Assembly: GCA_013239625.1 (NCBI GenBank)
Contig: MU054117.1
Span: 746,001-806,000 of the forward strand
Origin: Lama guanicoe
Lineage: Eukaryota
Length of the DNA stretch: 60,000 nucleotides
Direction of reading: 5' to 3'
The position numbers and the translations under genes were made by a program. How positions within the stretch are numbered: position 1 is the first letter of the stretch; every line of letters starts with the position of its first letter. The notes beneath the pieces are model-generated. The model made no database searches, was not told where the DNA came from, and was given only the letters and a program-made list of their open reading frames with translations. Below, piece after piece: positions 1 through 12,051 of the stretch.

Positions 1-1852
1 TCTTTTCCCTTATCTGCTGGTTCTCTGGAAAATGATCAGCCTTGTGCTTGAGCCCTCTAAAGACAGTACACACGGTTACTTTCACGTCTGTGTCTGGTCC
101 CTCCAGGATCTGCGTCCCTCGTGGGCCTGCCTCTGCTGTCGACAGTTTCCGCTCCACGTCACTCATGTCACCTTGTCTCTCTGGGCACCTGGGTATTTTG
201 TAATGTGAGTTAGGCCTTGTTTTTGCAAATCTGTTTTTCAGAATAACCGGAGAACTCTGACGACACCCTTCCGCAGAGGGCTCCTGTCTGTTCTTGTCAC
301 GCGTCGTCCCCAGGTTTTAGAAAAGAGAAGGTTTAGAGTATTTTGCCCAGCGAGCCTTGTTCTCAGCAGGAGATCTGATCCAAACGACCTCCTCTGTCAT
401 CTCAGAAAGCGACAGTGACTGCCCCTCCCGAGGAAGACGGTCCCTGAGGAAGGCCCCTCGTCAGAGTTTCCCTGCCCTCCGCCCCAGAGCCGGCCGCCCG
501 GGTCTTTGAATTTGTGGACACACTCTGAAGGGCTGGGAAATCCCTGCCAGTCAGTTCTCTCGGTGCCGGACCCTGCAGAGGGCTTCTCGGGGTGAAGTGC
601 CCGGGGAATGGCCGTGCGCAGTGACAGGCTGATGATAAGACTAGACAGGAGGGAGCTACGGCTTGGTTCCAGCCTCTGCTGAGTGTCCCTCCTCTCAGAT
701 GCAGGGAGACGGTGCCGCTTTTAGGAGCACTGAAACGTGTCTCCGAGAGGTTGGTGGCCGATGAGGTGCACTCACCCTGAGTTACCGGGTTGGGTGACGT
801 CCTCAGATGGCCCTGCAGGGCCTGCCTCTGTCATTCTTTTTCCAACAAACACCATTACACCAGGCAACTCGCCGCGTCTCTTCCTGTTGTTCTTCAGGTA
901 GAATTTAACAGAGAACCAAGCGTGTTTATCGCTGAACAACTTACGGTGACGCTGCACCGTGAGCTCAGCTTTCTAGGCATGGTCCTAGGATCCAGGACCC
1001 CAGACTCACTTATTTCCCCCTCTGGCTCAAGTTCCTACTAATGATCAGATTTTTTCTATGGGGAAAAATCTCCAAACATTATGATTAGTTTTTTTTAAGA
1101 GATTTCAGATTTACTAGAAAAAACACCAGGCTGTTTTCTCTTGTCCACTCACAGCGGTGTGACCTTGGCAGTCAGGCCATCTTCACAGTGAGGACAGCAG
1201 ATGAGGCAGCACCTGGCTCTACGAGGCGCTGGGTTGTTGTTTTCCAAATATCCTCAGAAAGTACCTTTCCTTCCTCCAGCTGCTGCTGCCCCCCCGATGC
1301 ACGGCAAGTCCTCAGTAAACGTGTGACCAGGGGGCCAGTGCATCACTTTTATCACATAATACAGCACTTTTTATATCACATCAGAAAACTATCACATAGA
1401 ACTTACATAGCTTGTATCTGCCAACATACCGGTCCTTCATTTTGTGATTTAAAAGTCAAACATGCTTCCATTTCCAGCCATTTTGGAGAAAGTGGTACCA
1501 GATGAGCCCTTTCGCCATAAACATTACAAAACTGGACAAAAAAGAGGCAACAATTTCCCGAAAGGGGACACAGAGCAGCACAGGGCTACAATCTCTGTGG
1601 GAACTGAAACGCAGGTTCCCGGCGGGCAGCCCAGCTGAACCGCCCGCCGAAGGGTCGGCTCTCGCAGGAAGGGGATGGTCTCTACGCCGATCACTCACGA
1701 TTTCAGTGTCCGGAACAAAACCACGAGACATATAAAGGCATGGGAAAACGTGATACTCAGTCAAGGAGAAAACAGTCAGAGGAGACTGACAAGATTGCTC
1801 AAATGTTGGACTCAGCAGACAAGGGCTTTAAATGGCTTAAAGGATGTTTAAA

Positions 1853-2058
1853 CAGACACAAACCACTATGTACAGAGTGGATAAACAATAAGGTCTTACT
1901 GCACAGCACAGGGAGCTATATTCAATACCTTGTAATGGCCTATAATGAAAAAGAACATATGTGGATGTATGAATCACTCTGCTGTGTACCAGGAACTAAC
2001 AACGCTAGTTCAATTTTAAAGAATCAACCACCTTCAAGTGCCAAAATAAAAAAAGAGA
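1853..2058 (+). mobile_element. Artiodactyl/camelid L1 3'UTR fragment inserted in the older L1
   Basis: ggataaacaataaggtcttactgcacagcacagggagctatattcaataccttgtaat...gaatcactctgctgtgtacc, an A-tail, and a flanking direct repeat ATGTTTAAA at 1844-1852 and 2059-2067. Confidence 0.85.
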
Positions 2059-2825
2059 ATGTTTAAAAAGAATTAGAGGAAAATATATTTAAAGAATAAA
2101 AGGTGTGTATAGTCTTAGAGAAAGAACAGATAGGGAACACCACAGATAAATGGGAGCTATAAAAAGGAGCCAAGTGGAGACTCTAGGACTGAAAAGTAAC
2201 TGAAACAAAAAATTCATTGAATAGGCTTAATGAAGAAGGGGACGGCAGAGGAAAAAGTAATGAACTGAAAAAATAATGGATACAAGTTATTCAGTCTATA
2301 GACACAGAGGAAGAAAGACTCCAAAAAACTGAGCAAAGCTTCAGGGACCAATGAGATAACAGCAAGTGGCCGAACATGAGTGCAACTGGGGCCTCAGACG
2401 GAGAAGAGTGAGACTGGAGTAGAAAAAAAATACTTGAAGAAATAATGGCCCCAAGCTCCCCACACCCGAGGACAACCGCCAGTCTGTGAATGGACCAGAA
2501 CAGCTCGGCATACTCTCAGCGGGACAGAAACACAGTGGGGCCGACCGCGGCCAAGCGCTGACAACCGAAGACAGAGAGAACATCTAGAAACAGGCAAGGA
2601 AAAGGAAGCAGACACACAGGGAGCTGCCATGAGAAGACTGGAGACTTCTCCCAGAGGCAGTGGGGCCGGGAGAAGTGGGACTCCTCTCTGAGAGCAGGAA
2701 CTGCCAGTCAAGAGCTCTACATCCACACACGTTCTTCGGGAAGAGGACGGACACAGACATTTTCATGGAAATGAAAGCTGAGCGAGTTCATCACAGCAGA
2801 CCTGTGTTACAGGAACGCTGGTGGC

Positions 2826-2950
2826 GGGTGGGAGGGCACAGCTCAGGGGCAGAGCCCGTGCTTGGCACGCACAAGGTCCTGGGTTCAATCCCCAGGACCT
2901 CCATTAGAAAATAAAGAGATTTGAATCCAGACTTGTTTAAATTAAAAAAG
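2826..2950 (+). mobile_element. tRNA-derived camelid SINE (vic-1-like)
   Basis: gggagggcacagctcaggggcagagc (A box) ...gtcctgggttcaatcccc (B box) ...acctcca, AATAAA at 2910-2915, A-tail, and degenerate TSD aggaacgctg / agaaatgcta. Confidence 0.85.
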
Positions 2951-3399
2951 AAATGCTAGGGATGTCTTTCAGGTGATGGGAGATGACACCAGAAGGAAAC
3001 CTGGATCTACACAAAGGACCGGACAGCCCCACGAACGGCTCACGTATGTCAGTGAGCAGCAAAAAGCCTATGTTGTACTTTTTCTCGTAATTTATTTAAA
3101 AGACGGCTGACTGTTTAAAGCAGAAAATACTAACACAGTGGGGTTTACAACACATGTCCACGTAGAAGATGTGTGAAGACCACACGGGATGGAAGGTGGT
3201 GTGAAGGAAAACTGTGCTCTTGTAAGGCTCACACCTGTGACTGTGAACTTGAAATATGGGACTTTCACTGAATATTAACTGTGCTTCAATAAAGCGGATT
3301 TAAGAAATCAAGTGTGAGAGTCCCCCTTGCTCTAATCAGCCTGACTTGGAGGCAGGTGGTCGGGGAGCCGGGCTCAGAGAAACACCAGAAGCCAAAATC

Positions 3400-4135
3400 T
3401 GCTGAGTGCGTCTCACACGCCGGCCGCGCACAATTCTAAGTGCTCTTACGTACTTATGAGGCGGGAAGCCCTATAAAAAGACCGGCGGGACCCCAGGCAG
3501 GGCCATCCGGTTCCCTGGCTCAGCGGCTCTATCTCACTTTTTGCCTCTGAAACGACTAACTTACCCCTAGAATTCTATTGGTTGCCTGAGCTCACTTCTG
3601 AATTGGTTATTTCCTTCACTCCTGATTGGTTATTACTCTCCTTTCTGATTGGTTTACTTCCTTAACGTCTGATTGGCCCGTTTGTAGTAATTCATTTGCA
3701 TGGAGCTCACTTCTGATTGGTTATTTCTCTCACTCCTGATTGGTCTATTTCTACAAAGTTTGTTCCTGGTTGGTCAACTTCTGTTATACTTTATTTGCAT
3801 ATGATGTTGCAAAGTGCAAAACTGGCAGCCTATAAAGGCCTGTGTAAAGCTACCACCAGGGTCCAGAGCTTGGAGTGTTAACTCCTTTGGGCCTCCTGTT
3901 GTAATAAACCTGAGTTCTCCAACTCTCCGCGTGCTGCTTGGTCTCTCGCCCAGATCCAGGTTGCTGTCACAACTGAGCTGTAACACGCTTTTCTGCAACA
4001 CTTCATCCTCACAACGGTGCCATGAGGCAGGTACAGGTTTAACCCCCACTTTACAGACCAGGAAGCCAGGGCACTAGGCTCACAGTTGCGGCTCTGAGCT
4101 AGGTGATGGGACGTCACCGCCTGCGTCCTCAACCA
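3400..4135 (-). mobile_element. MIR SINE split by the LTR (about 3400-3456 and 4001-4135)
   Basis: ctaagtgctcttacgtactta | cttcatcctcacaac...atgaggcaggtac...cccactttacagaccaggaagcc matches the reverse-complement MIR core. Confidence 0.75.
3457..4000 (+). mobile_element. ERV1-class solo LTR (about 544 bp) inserted into a MIR
   Basis: TG...CA termini; near-TSD ctta/cttc; CCAAT-box array in U3; TATAAA at 3831-3836; AATAAA at 3903-3908. The flanks rejoin as one continuous MIR. Confidence 0.8.
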
Positions 4136-4684
4136 CCGTCACGAACCGGCGGGAGGGAACGGATCAAGAGTGGCAGATAACTGGGGCTCGTGTTCTGTGT
4201 TCGATCACTTCATGGGACACTGACCGCACTGTATCTTCATCTCCTCTCCCTCATTTTTCTTTCCAGCGTTTATAGATCGTGGGTCACTCGTAAGCCTAAG
4301 TGGCCTTTATTGTTACCATTATTTTAAACTAGCTGGCAGTCACCTTGCTGCTGGCTGTAACTTCAGGCTTGGGATCTCCAGGGAGGAGCAGGCACTCAAG
4401 ATAAGCTTCCTGAGTTTTTAAGAGCTCTTTGTCCTGGTGTGAGATACACCACCTGCCACGTCCCGGGCACGAGGTCGGTGCTTGGGAAGCCCTGTTGTCT
4501 GAACCAGATGACGCATTCTGCCCGCTCTGGACTGATGGGTGGCTGTACTGGGAGCTGGGAGTGTGAGGGGTCCGCCCGGGGTCACGCCCAGTCATTGACT
4601 CCATCTGGATCAGTGATGGCAGATGGAGCTCCCAGCTCCCTGCTGTTCTCTGTCATCGAAGCCCAGAATGATGCTGCGCAGAAA

Positions 4685-4795
4685 ACTTCAGGGCTGATAC
4701 AGTTCCACCCTCCCATTTCCCAGACGAGAAAACCGAGGGTCAGAGGTTAAATGACAGGTCACACTGCCAGCCAGACTCAGATCCCTGGTGCCCCC
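4685..4795 (-). mobile_element. MIR fragment
   Basis: cccatttcccagacgagaaaaccgagggtcagaggttaaatgacaggtcacac. Confidence 0.7.
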
Positions 4796-6159
4796 ACTGC
4801 GACCCTGAGTGCCTCCCACCCCACCACGAGGCCCTCATTTCTCTTCAGCCCCCGTGGCCAGGGTCCAGGGACCACCACAATATAAATGAACCCACATGTG
4901 AAGTATCGCCCAGCCCAGATCTTAGGAACCAGGAGGGCACCTGCTGGAAGGCTGTGTCTCCTCCAAGGACAGAGCCTGCGTCCTGCAGGGGGTGTGCCCC
5001 CTTCCCGGAAAAGGGTCTGAGCCCACCTCCGACGGCTCTGGGGCAGCACACCTGCCCGTCTGGAATTGGGACTCCAAGACCCCTCTGGGGCAAAAGGAAA
5101 GAAAAGGCAGGGGAAGCAGGGGAGAAGGTGAGGGTCTCAGAGGACCAAGTCCAAGGGGACAGGGGAGGGGAAGGGCGGAGGGGAGGCAGGAAGGCCTCCA
5201 CAGCGCGGGCACCGGCTGGGACAGAGAAGGAGGCGGCTCGGTTCTAGGCGAACGGAGGTCCGGAGCGGGGCCGGCTGCCTGGGGTCGCCAGGCTGCCCAG
5301 GGTGGAGGGGGCTGCGGGCCAAGTCGTCCGTCACCTCCAGCTGGCACGCCCGCCCCACCTGCACCCCGGGGGGTTTAAGCCACATTAACCAGGAGGAAGG
5401 GGAGGTTCCAGCAGCAGAAAAGGCAGGGGGTGGGGAGGGAGCCCTGCTCGGTCAGGGATCTTCTCTGGGACCCGGTTTCCAAAATCTGTACATTTCAGGG
5501 CTGAGTTACTTGATCTGCACGTATCAGCTCCAGGCAGCCTGGCGCTTGTCAGCTCGGGAACGGTGAGTGGCCTCTCCGGTGCCGAGCCCTCCTCCCCTCC
5601 AGCCCCCGCCGCGGGCACGGGACACTGTCAGGGACCAGGAGCGGGGGTGCAAATCCACGGTGGCCCAGCTCCCTCAGGGGACCCCGCGAGGAGCAGCCGA
5701 GTATGAAAGCACTCAGGGAAGCTGCCTCTAGCACCTCTCACCTGCCCCCAGTGGGTCTGATTCACTGGCAGTGCTTCCAGTCAGGGCCGCCGATTTCACA
5801 GCCACTAACTCTGGGAGGGAGCCCCTCCTGGGGAGAAGCTGTCTCTCAGGGTGACGGGGGCTCCGCTGGGCACCCAGGAGTGGCAGTAAGTTTTGCAGCA
5901 GGAATTTTACAGTCAAGGAGCCACTCCTCCAAGAACAGGAGCACAATGGGCCAGAGCCCTGCAGTGGGAGGTCCGGCCAGGGCACGTGGAGGGGGCAGGA
6001 CGTGGGGCCGTGTCCACAGGAGGTGTGCAGGGGGGCGAGAAGACAGAGGAGCAAGCCCCTTCGGAAACGTGCAAGAAGGCGTGTGGAGACGGAAGGGCCT
6101 TTGCCTCTTGGTGGGCTGGGGAGGCCTGGGCGGGGGGGTTCAGAACAGGGACGTGGGTT

Positions 6160-6700
6160 GTAGGAGGACCGTGCTGGCTGCTGTGTTGAGACCAAGCCGT
6201 GACAAGGGGGGAGGGAGAGCTGAGACCCAGGAGGGGCCACAGTGGGGATTGGGTGAGAGACGGAGCAGGGCTGGGGCTCACGTGCTGGGGCCGGGGGCAG
6301 GGTGGAGTCTGAAGGTGCAGCTGATGGGGTTTTCGGAGGGACAGAAAGCAGAGCGGAGAAACAGGTTGAAGAGTTTGGGTCTGAGTAACTGGAAGGATGA
6401 GGGTGACCTTTTCCAGACGGGAAAGACTGGGGATTTGGGGAGCTCTGTTAGGGGTGGGGACGCGCCGAGCTCAGGGGCTATGAGGCCCCCCGAGGAGAGG
6501 CGCGATGGGCAGCGAGGTGCGCCAGCCTGCAGTCTGAGGAGGTCTGAGCCGTTGGCGCACAGTGTGCGGCTGTCAGAGGACACACAGACGGCACTTAGAG
6601 CCAGGAGACGGGGCCCAGGGTGGGCAGACACAAGGCCCAAGGACTGTGGCCCTCGCACTGGTAAGAGGATGAGAGCCCGGGGCCCAGCGAAGTGAGGGCA
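6160..6700 (-). mobile_element. L2 LINE remnant
   Basis: Purine-rich gagtttgggtctgagtaactggaaggatgag...gacgggaaagactggg...ggcacttagagccaggagac follows the reverse-complement L2 3' region. Confidence 0.65.
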
Positions 6701-7449
6701 GAGCTAAGCCAGGACAGGGTCCCCAAGCCTGGTGAGGACAGTGGCGCCAAGACAGGGGACCCCCTCCCACTGGATCTAAGGCTGCAGGGAGTCAGATGAC
6801 ACAGCCCCGATGGACCGCCGGACTCAGCAGCATGGAGGCCGCTGGTGCTCTGGGCGGGAGGTTTCCGCTCAGCTGTGGGGGGAAGGGAGAAGGCAGGGAC
6901 TGGAGGTGGCAGACAGGGGAGACGCCCTGGGGAGTTTGGCTGAAATCTAAGGGAGGACCAAATGCTATGACCACAGAGGGTAGGGGGCCCCTGTCCGGGC
7001 TCGCGGTGTAGGAGACGGTGATGCCGTCCTCGGTGAGACCAGCCAAGCTGGCACAGGGTGCTGAGCCCCTGGGTCTCCATGCTTCGCTATTTAAAAAGTT
7101 GCGCAGACACTACTCCAGTGAGGAAGGCTGACCAGCCTGTGCTTAAGCTCCAGAAGAGCCACCTCCTTTTTACCGGGACCCAGAGGAAACGAGACACGCC
7201 AGGAGCTGTGTGTTAGCTACCCGCCCGGCGCCACGGCCCCACGTCCACCGCCCTTACTGACAAAACATCTCCCTGAATTCGGGGCAGGGGCTGGCAGGGC
7301 CTCGCACCTGAGGGGTGGGCAGCGTCACGGCTCCACCCTCTGGGTGGAGGGCCCGTGGCCTCCACAGCGCAGCTCTGCTGATGGGCGCTCCCCTTTGTGT
7401 GGAGCCCCGCCACTCCGCCCACCCACCTCCTCCTCTCTACTTAAGGATC

Positions 7450-7660
7450 TCGAGATGTGCAGATACTAATACATACATAACAGAAAAACACGTTCACACC
7501 GTGCGGCACAGGGAGCTACAGTCAATGTCTTGTAGTAACTTATCGTTAAAAAGAATATGAAAATGGGTACGTGTCTGTTCCTGTGAGGCTGAAATGCTGT
7601 GCTGCACCCCAGAAGCCAACACCGCACTGTAAACCGACTACTTCAACAAGAGAAATATAC
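7450..7660 (+). mobile_element. Camelid-type L1 3'UTR fragment
   Basis: gcacagggagctacagtcaatgtcttgtagtaacttat...aaaagaatatgaaaa...gctgcaccccagaa...cactgtaaaccgactacttcaa. Confidence 0.8.
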
Positions 7661-8576
7661 GTGTATATACGCGAGAAAAGCGCGTCTCTGCCCCTCACGA
7701 CCGCAACCGTTCCTGCCGACGACAGCCCCCAGGGCTTCGGGGCAGAGTGTGCTGGGCTCACCGCCCCCACCTTCTCTGCGGCTACCTGCGCAGCCTCTTT
7801 GGGACGATGACAGCCCTTGGCCACTGGGACGGGAGCAGCTGGGGTGCGAGCCACGCTGAGCAACAGCCCGAGACACGGGTGTGCGGTTTAGCCGTGCGCC
7901 TCCTTTGTGGGCTCCGCCCTCCGCCCTCGGCCACGAGAACCACATGGAGGCGGGTGCTCCCTCCCCGCGTGCTCGGGAGCGAGGGGACACGTGGGACCCC
8001 GTTAAGCCCGGAACGCAGCGCGGCCTCCAGCCTCACGCGACAGACAGTCTCTCCCGCGCCCTCCTGCCCTGCTCAGGGCCCTGCGCCCTCCACTCTCAGG
8101 CAAAACCAGTCGTCACACTGCCAGGCGATGAGTCCAAAAACAGGGCTTCTGCCTGGAGCTGCCCCACGTGACCCGAGAGGAGGAGAGGGCTGGGGGTGGC
8201 AGAGAGAACCTTCTGGACCTCCACTGACGCTCTTCTGGCTGCTCTCGGGAAAGACACAGACAGAAAACCCCGCTGGCTCGCGTACCCTGCGAGCCTCGGG
8301 GATCAGCTCACGGCTCTTCTGCTGCAGACGCACCTAAACCCCCGCCCAGGACCTGGGGCTGCCCAGAGGGCCCCGGGCTGCATTCCCTGCGCCGCTGCCT
8401 CCCTCCGGCCATGCGCCTGCGGGGGGCCCGGTGAGGACAGGCCGGGGGCTGCGGTGCGGGGGGCTCACAGGAGAGCCGGGTCCTTCACGGCTAAGGAGCC
8501 GACGTGAAATCAGGTTCCCGAGTGACGCAGGAGAGCGGGGTCGGGGATGGGGTCACACGCGACAGGAGCGCTCCTA

Positions 8577-8864
<288 letters not shown>

Positions 8865-9277
8865 CTAAGATGACTGTCCCTCAGGGTGGGCCCCTCTGCC
8901 TGGAGGGTCTGAGCGAGGCCGCGGGCACCCCTCGGTGGGAGCTGACGGCCTGGGCAGAGAGTGAGGCAGGTGGGGGCTGCTGCCAGGGCCCTCTTTCCGG
9001 TACCCTCCCCCACAGCATCCGGGCCCCCCCGTGTGACCAGGAACCACGTTCCCTCTCCTCTCTCCTAACGAGCCCCCCGGCTTGGATCACACCTGGGCAC
9101 AAACAGTGGTCCCAGAAACACCGACTTGGAGCGAAAGGGACAGGAAACTGACCGCCGGGCTTGGAAACCTGACGACCTCGGGGACCCTGGCGACACCTGC
9201 TCTGGAGGAGTGGCGGGGGCGGGGACAGAAGTCTAACAGACTCGCATTCAAGAGGACAGAGGACAGTGTGAGACAGC

Positions 9278-9550
9278 CCCGCCCAACAGAAACAGTGCAA
9301 GCCACAGGCGCGGCCACCTGTGCAGCTTAAATCCTCCAGAAGCCTCACTGGAAAGGTGAAAACGGAGCAGGTGGAATGAACCGTGATCACAGCTTTTATT
9401 TAATCCAACGTAACCAAAATATTACCGCTTCAGCTGTAGTACAGAATTTTTAGCGAGCTATTTGCCACTCCCTGCTTTGCACCAAGTCTTTGACACCCGC
9501 ACCTACAGCACATCTCAATTCAGAGCCCAGCGGCCACCGTGGCTGCCGGG
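9278..9550. mobile_element. hAT-Charlie non-autonomous DNA transposon, MER33-like
   Basis: ttttatttaatccaacgtaaccaaaatattaccgcttca...caagtctttgacacc...tacagcacatctcaattcaga...gtggctgcc. Confidence 0.8.
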
Positions 9551-11719
9551 GAGGGTCCTGCAGAAACAAGCCCTCCCGAGGAATTTCGCTCAAAAGGCAT
9601 TAGAAGAAACAGGCGGTTCCCGGAAGAGGGCGCGGAGCTGAGCTCTGCCTGCTGGACTTTAAATGCGACCGTCTGACAGAGACAGCGGGTGCGCAGAAGC
9701 GAGGGGACAGCTCCCGGAAGGGCCGGGCCCCCAGGGGGCAGGCGCCCGGGCGGCGGGACGGGTGATGGGTTCAGGGAGGAAGGCGCGTGGCCTGGGTACA
9801 GACGCAGTCATGGGCGCAGACGGAATGTCCTCTGCACCTGTTTTCTCAGTGAAACAGGTAGCGAGGCATCAGCTGAGCTGTGAAAGGGGAGGGGGTCCCG
9901 GAAGCCTGACGGGTCAGCAAAGGTCTGTAAGAGGCACGGAAGAGGCTGGGACGTGCAGTGGGGCTGCCGGCGTCACCCCGGCCGCTGGAGGAGGTGGTCA
10001 CGAGGAGGTGGCTGCAGCCACCAGCCCCGTGAGTTCCTCCACCTCCTCCAGTGGCCCAGCTCAGGTACCAGACGGACGTCCAGCTGGGCGGCCCAGACAG
10101 GGCGGGTGCTTGTCCACGTGAGCAAGGAAACCAGCGGGGACGAGGGCAGCTGGGGGCAGAGGCAAGAGAGGTGAAAAGGGCGGCACGGCGTCCACGTGGG
10201 CTGGGGGAGCCGGACGAGGTGCAGGAGGAGCAGACTGCCGGCGGCCAGGGCAGAGGGGGCTGGAAAGACGGGTGGTGCCATCCAGAGGGTAGGAGGCCCG
10301 GCTGAGGCGGCGGGGTGTGGTGAACGGTCCTGGCGGGGTCCTGGCTGTGCCCCTGGGAGTGGGCAGCTGAGACAGGACGGAGTCAGCATCCCGGGGAAGG
10401 AGACACCGAGGACGCACGCGGCTGCGGGAGGCTGATGGCGGGACGTGCGGGGCGGAGGAGGAGTGACCCAGGGCTGCAACGGGGGAGCAGCGGGTGGAGT
10501 GTCTGAAGACACAGACGCCAGGACGGGAAGATCTGGGGGGAGGGACGCTGGTCTGACGCAGAATAAGAGGACCTGGGGCGCCTCCCCTGACTGTTTGGGG
10601 GAGAGAGAGAACCCCGTAAGGCCCGCGGGACCCTCGGGGACAGCCGGGGGAGAAGGCGGCACCAGGACGGCGCCGCGGGCTTAGGGCAGCCCCGGGCCAC
10701 CTGCTCTGCGGCACGTCTGACGGGGATTTGGTGACACTGCTTACATCCCGAGGCTTCCTCCACGGACTTGAGAAGTTGGGACCAAGACTGCCTGATTCAC
10801 AAGGCTGAGAACGGTGTGTGGCCTCTCACAGAAAAGGTCTACTGAGCCGGAACGGGGGTGGGCTGCGGGGAGTGGCGGGTGTGTGCAAGGCTTCAGGGGT
10901 GGAAGCGGGAGAGGGTGCAGGGACCGTGCGGGGCAGAGTCGGCATCCTCGACCGTCTGCGGGAACCAAGAAAATGATCAGAAAGGGCCCCGTGGAGCATC
11001 CGGGTCCACGTGCCGGAGGCGCTCCCCGCTCGCTTCTGGCCACGCGGCGGCAGCCGGGAGGGGCCCCTGGAAATCTGCTCCTGGGATGAGCCTAGTGCCA
11101 CGTTGACCTGGGCCCCAGAGGCTGCGGGAACTTCGCAAGAGTGAAGGGCAGGTGGGCTCGGAGCAGCCGGGCCCCCGCCGGGAAGACACCCGCCCTCGGC
11201 AGACGACGTGGCACCGGAACCTGGGCGGCTGCACCTAGCAAAGCGCGTCTCACGCGGTGTGGCGAGCCAGGCCCGCTCGGCACAAACGCCTCCCAGAGAG
11301 CCCTCCCTGACACCCTGATGAGGAGGACATCACTTCCAAGGCTGCCTCAAGATTCCTCTGTGACCTTTTTCTTGAGCCCACGCCGACTTTACGCACCTCA
11401 CGTTGCAGTGGAGAAGCATGTTTGGGGTAGTGTGTTTGGTCCCAGACCCCTGGCCCCTCCTTGCCCTGTTTTCCTGTCGCCCCCTGTCCTGAGCAGCCTG
11501 GTGTCTGGAGGCCACGGAACACAGGCCCTGCGGAGGTGGGGTGGGAGTCCAGGCTCCACTGTGCCAGCCCTCCAGGCTCACCTCCAGCCCAGCCAGCCCA
11601 CTCGGCCACAGGGCCAGGGAGCTGCCCGAGGAGCTGTTGGGCCAGAGGAGGCTGGGGACCAATCAGTCCTAAGGCAGAGGCACCTCCTCGGCTCCCAGGC
11701 TCCACTAGAAGACCCCGAT

Positions 11720-11857
11720 ACATGTGTGCATGTGTGTGCACGTGTGCATATGTGTGCACGTGTGCCTGTGTGCATATGTATGTGTGTGTACCCATGCGTG
11801 CCTGTGTGTTGTGTGTGTGCCTGTGTGCACGTGTGCGTGTGTGGGCATGGGCGTGCA
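11720..11857. repeat. Degenerate (TG/CA)n alternating purine-pyrimidine microsatellite
   Basis: catgtgtgcatgtgtgtgcacgtgtgcatatgtgtgcacg...gtgtgcgtgtgt. Confidence 0.9.
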
Positions 11858-12051
11858 GGTGGGAGCGGCGGCAGGGTTGTTCTCAGGTAACAGTCCTTGT
11901 CCTTCTGGAGAATGTCTGGATTCAACGTGATTTTTAATAGATGCCCTCGTCTGGCCTGGAGCCCAGGGCTGCCATGACCAAGTCAGAGGAGACGCAGATC
12001 CGGATGGACGGGCAGGCATTGGCTGACGGTGGGGAGGGGAGGGGTCCTTAC

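Larger units (their letters stand above)
1463..3308 (+). mobile_element. Ancient L1 (L1MC/L1MD-like) remnant: 5' end, decayed ORF1 and inter-ORF region joined to a 3' end; hosts two younger insertions
   Basis: L1M 5'-end-like gcttccatttccagccat...aaaactggacaaaa; A-rich ORF1-like tract (aaatacttgaagaaataatggcc, cagcagacctgtgttaca); inter-ORF gactgtttaaagcagaaaata; terminal cttcaataaagcggattt. Confidence 0.7.

Noticed and set aside
1..420. Possible minus-strand L1M ORF1 remnant at the window start
   Set aside because: It is T/C-rich and suggestive, but too diverged to call without a consensus alignment.
2826..2905. tRNA-Ala-like sequence
   Set aside because: The stems are degenerate, and the AATAAA, A-tail and TSD show it is a SINE rather than a tRNA gene.
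3570..3775. Regularly spaced short repeats superficially like a CRISPR array
   Set aside because: The context is eukaryotic, the repeats are only about 8 bp CCAAT cores with related spacers, there are no cas genes, and they lie inside an LTR U3.
5703..6695. 330-aa ORF
   Set aside because: It runs largely through a reverse-oriented L2 remnant and has no protein-like features.
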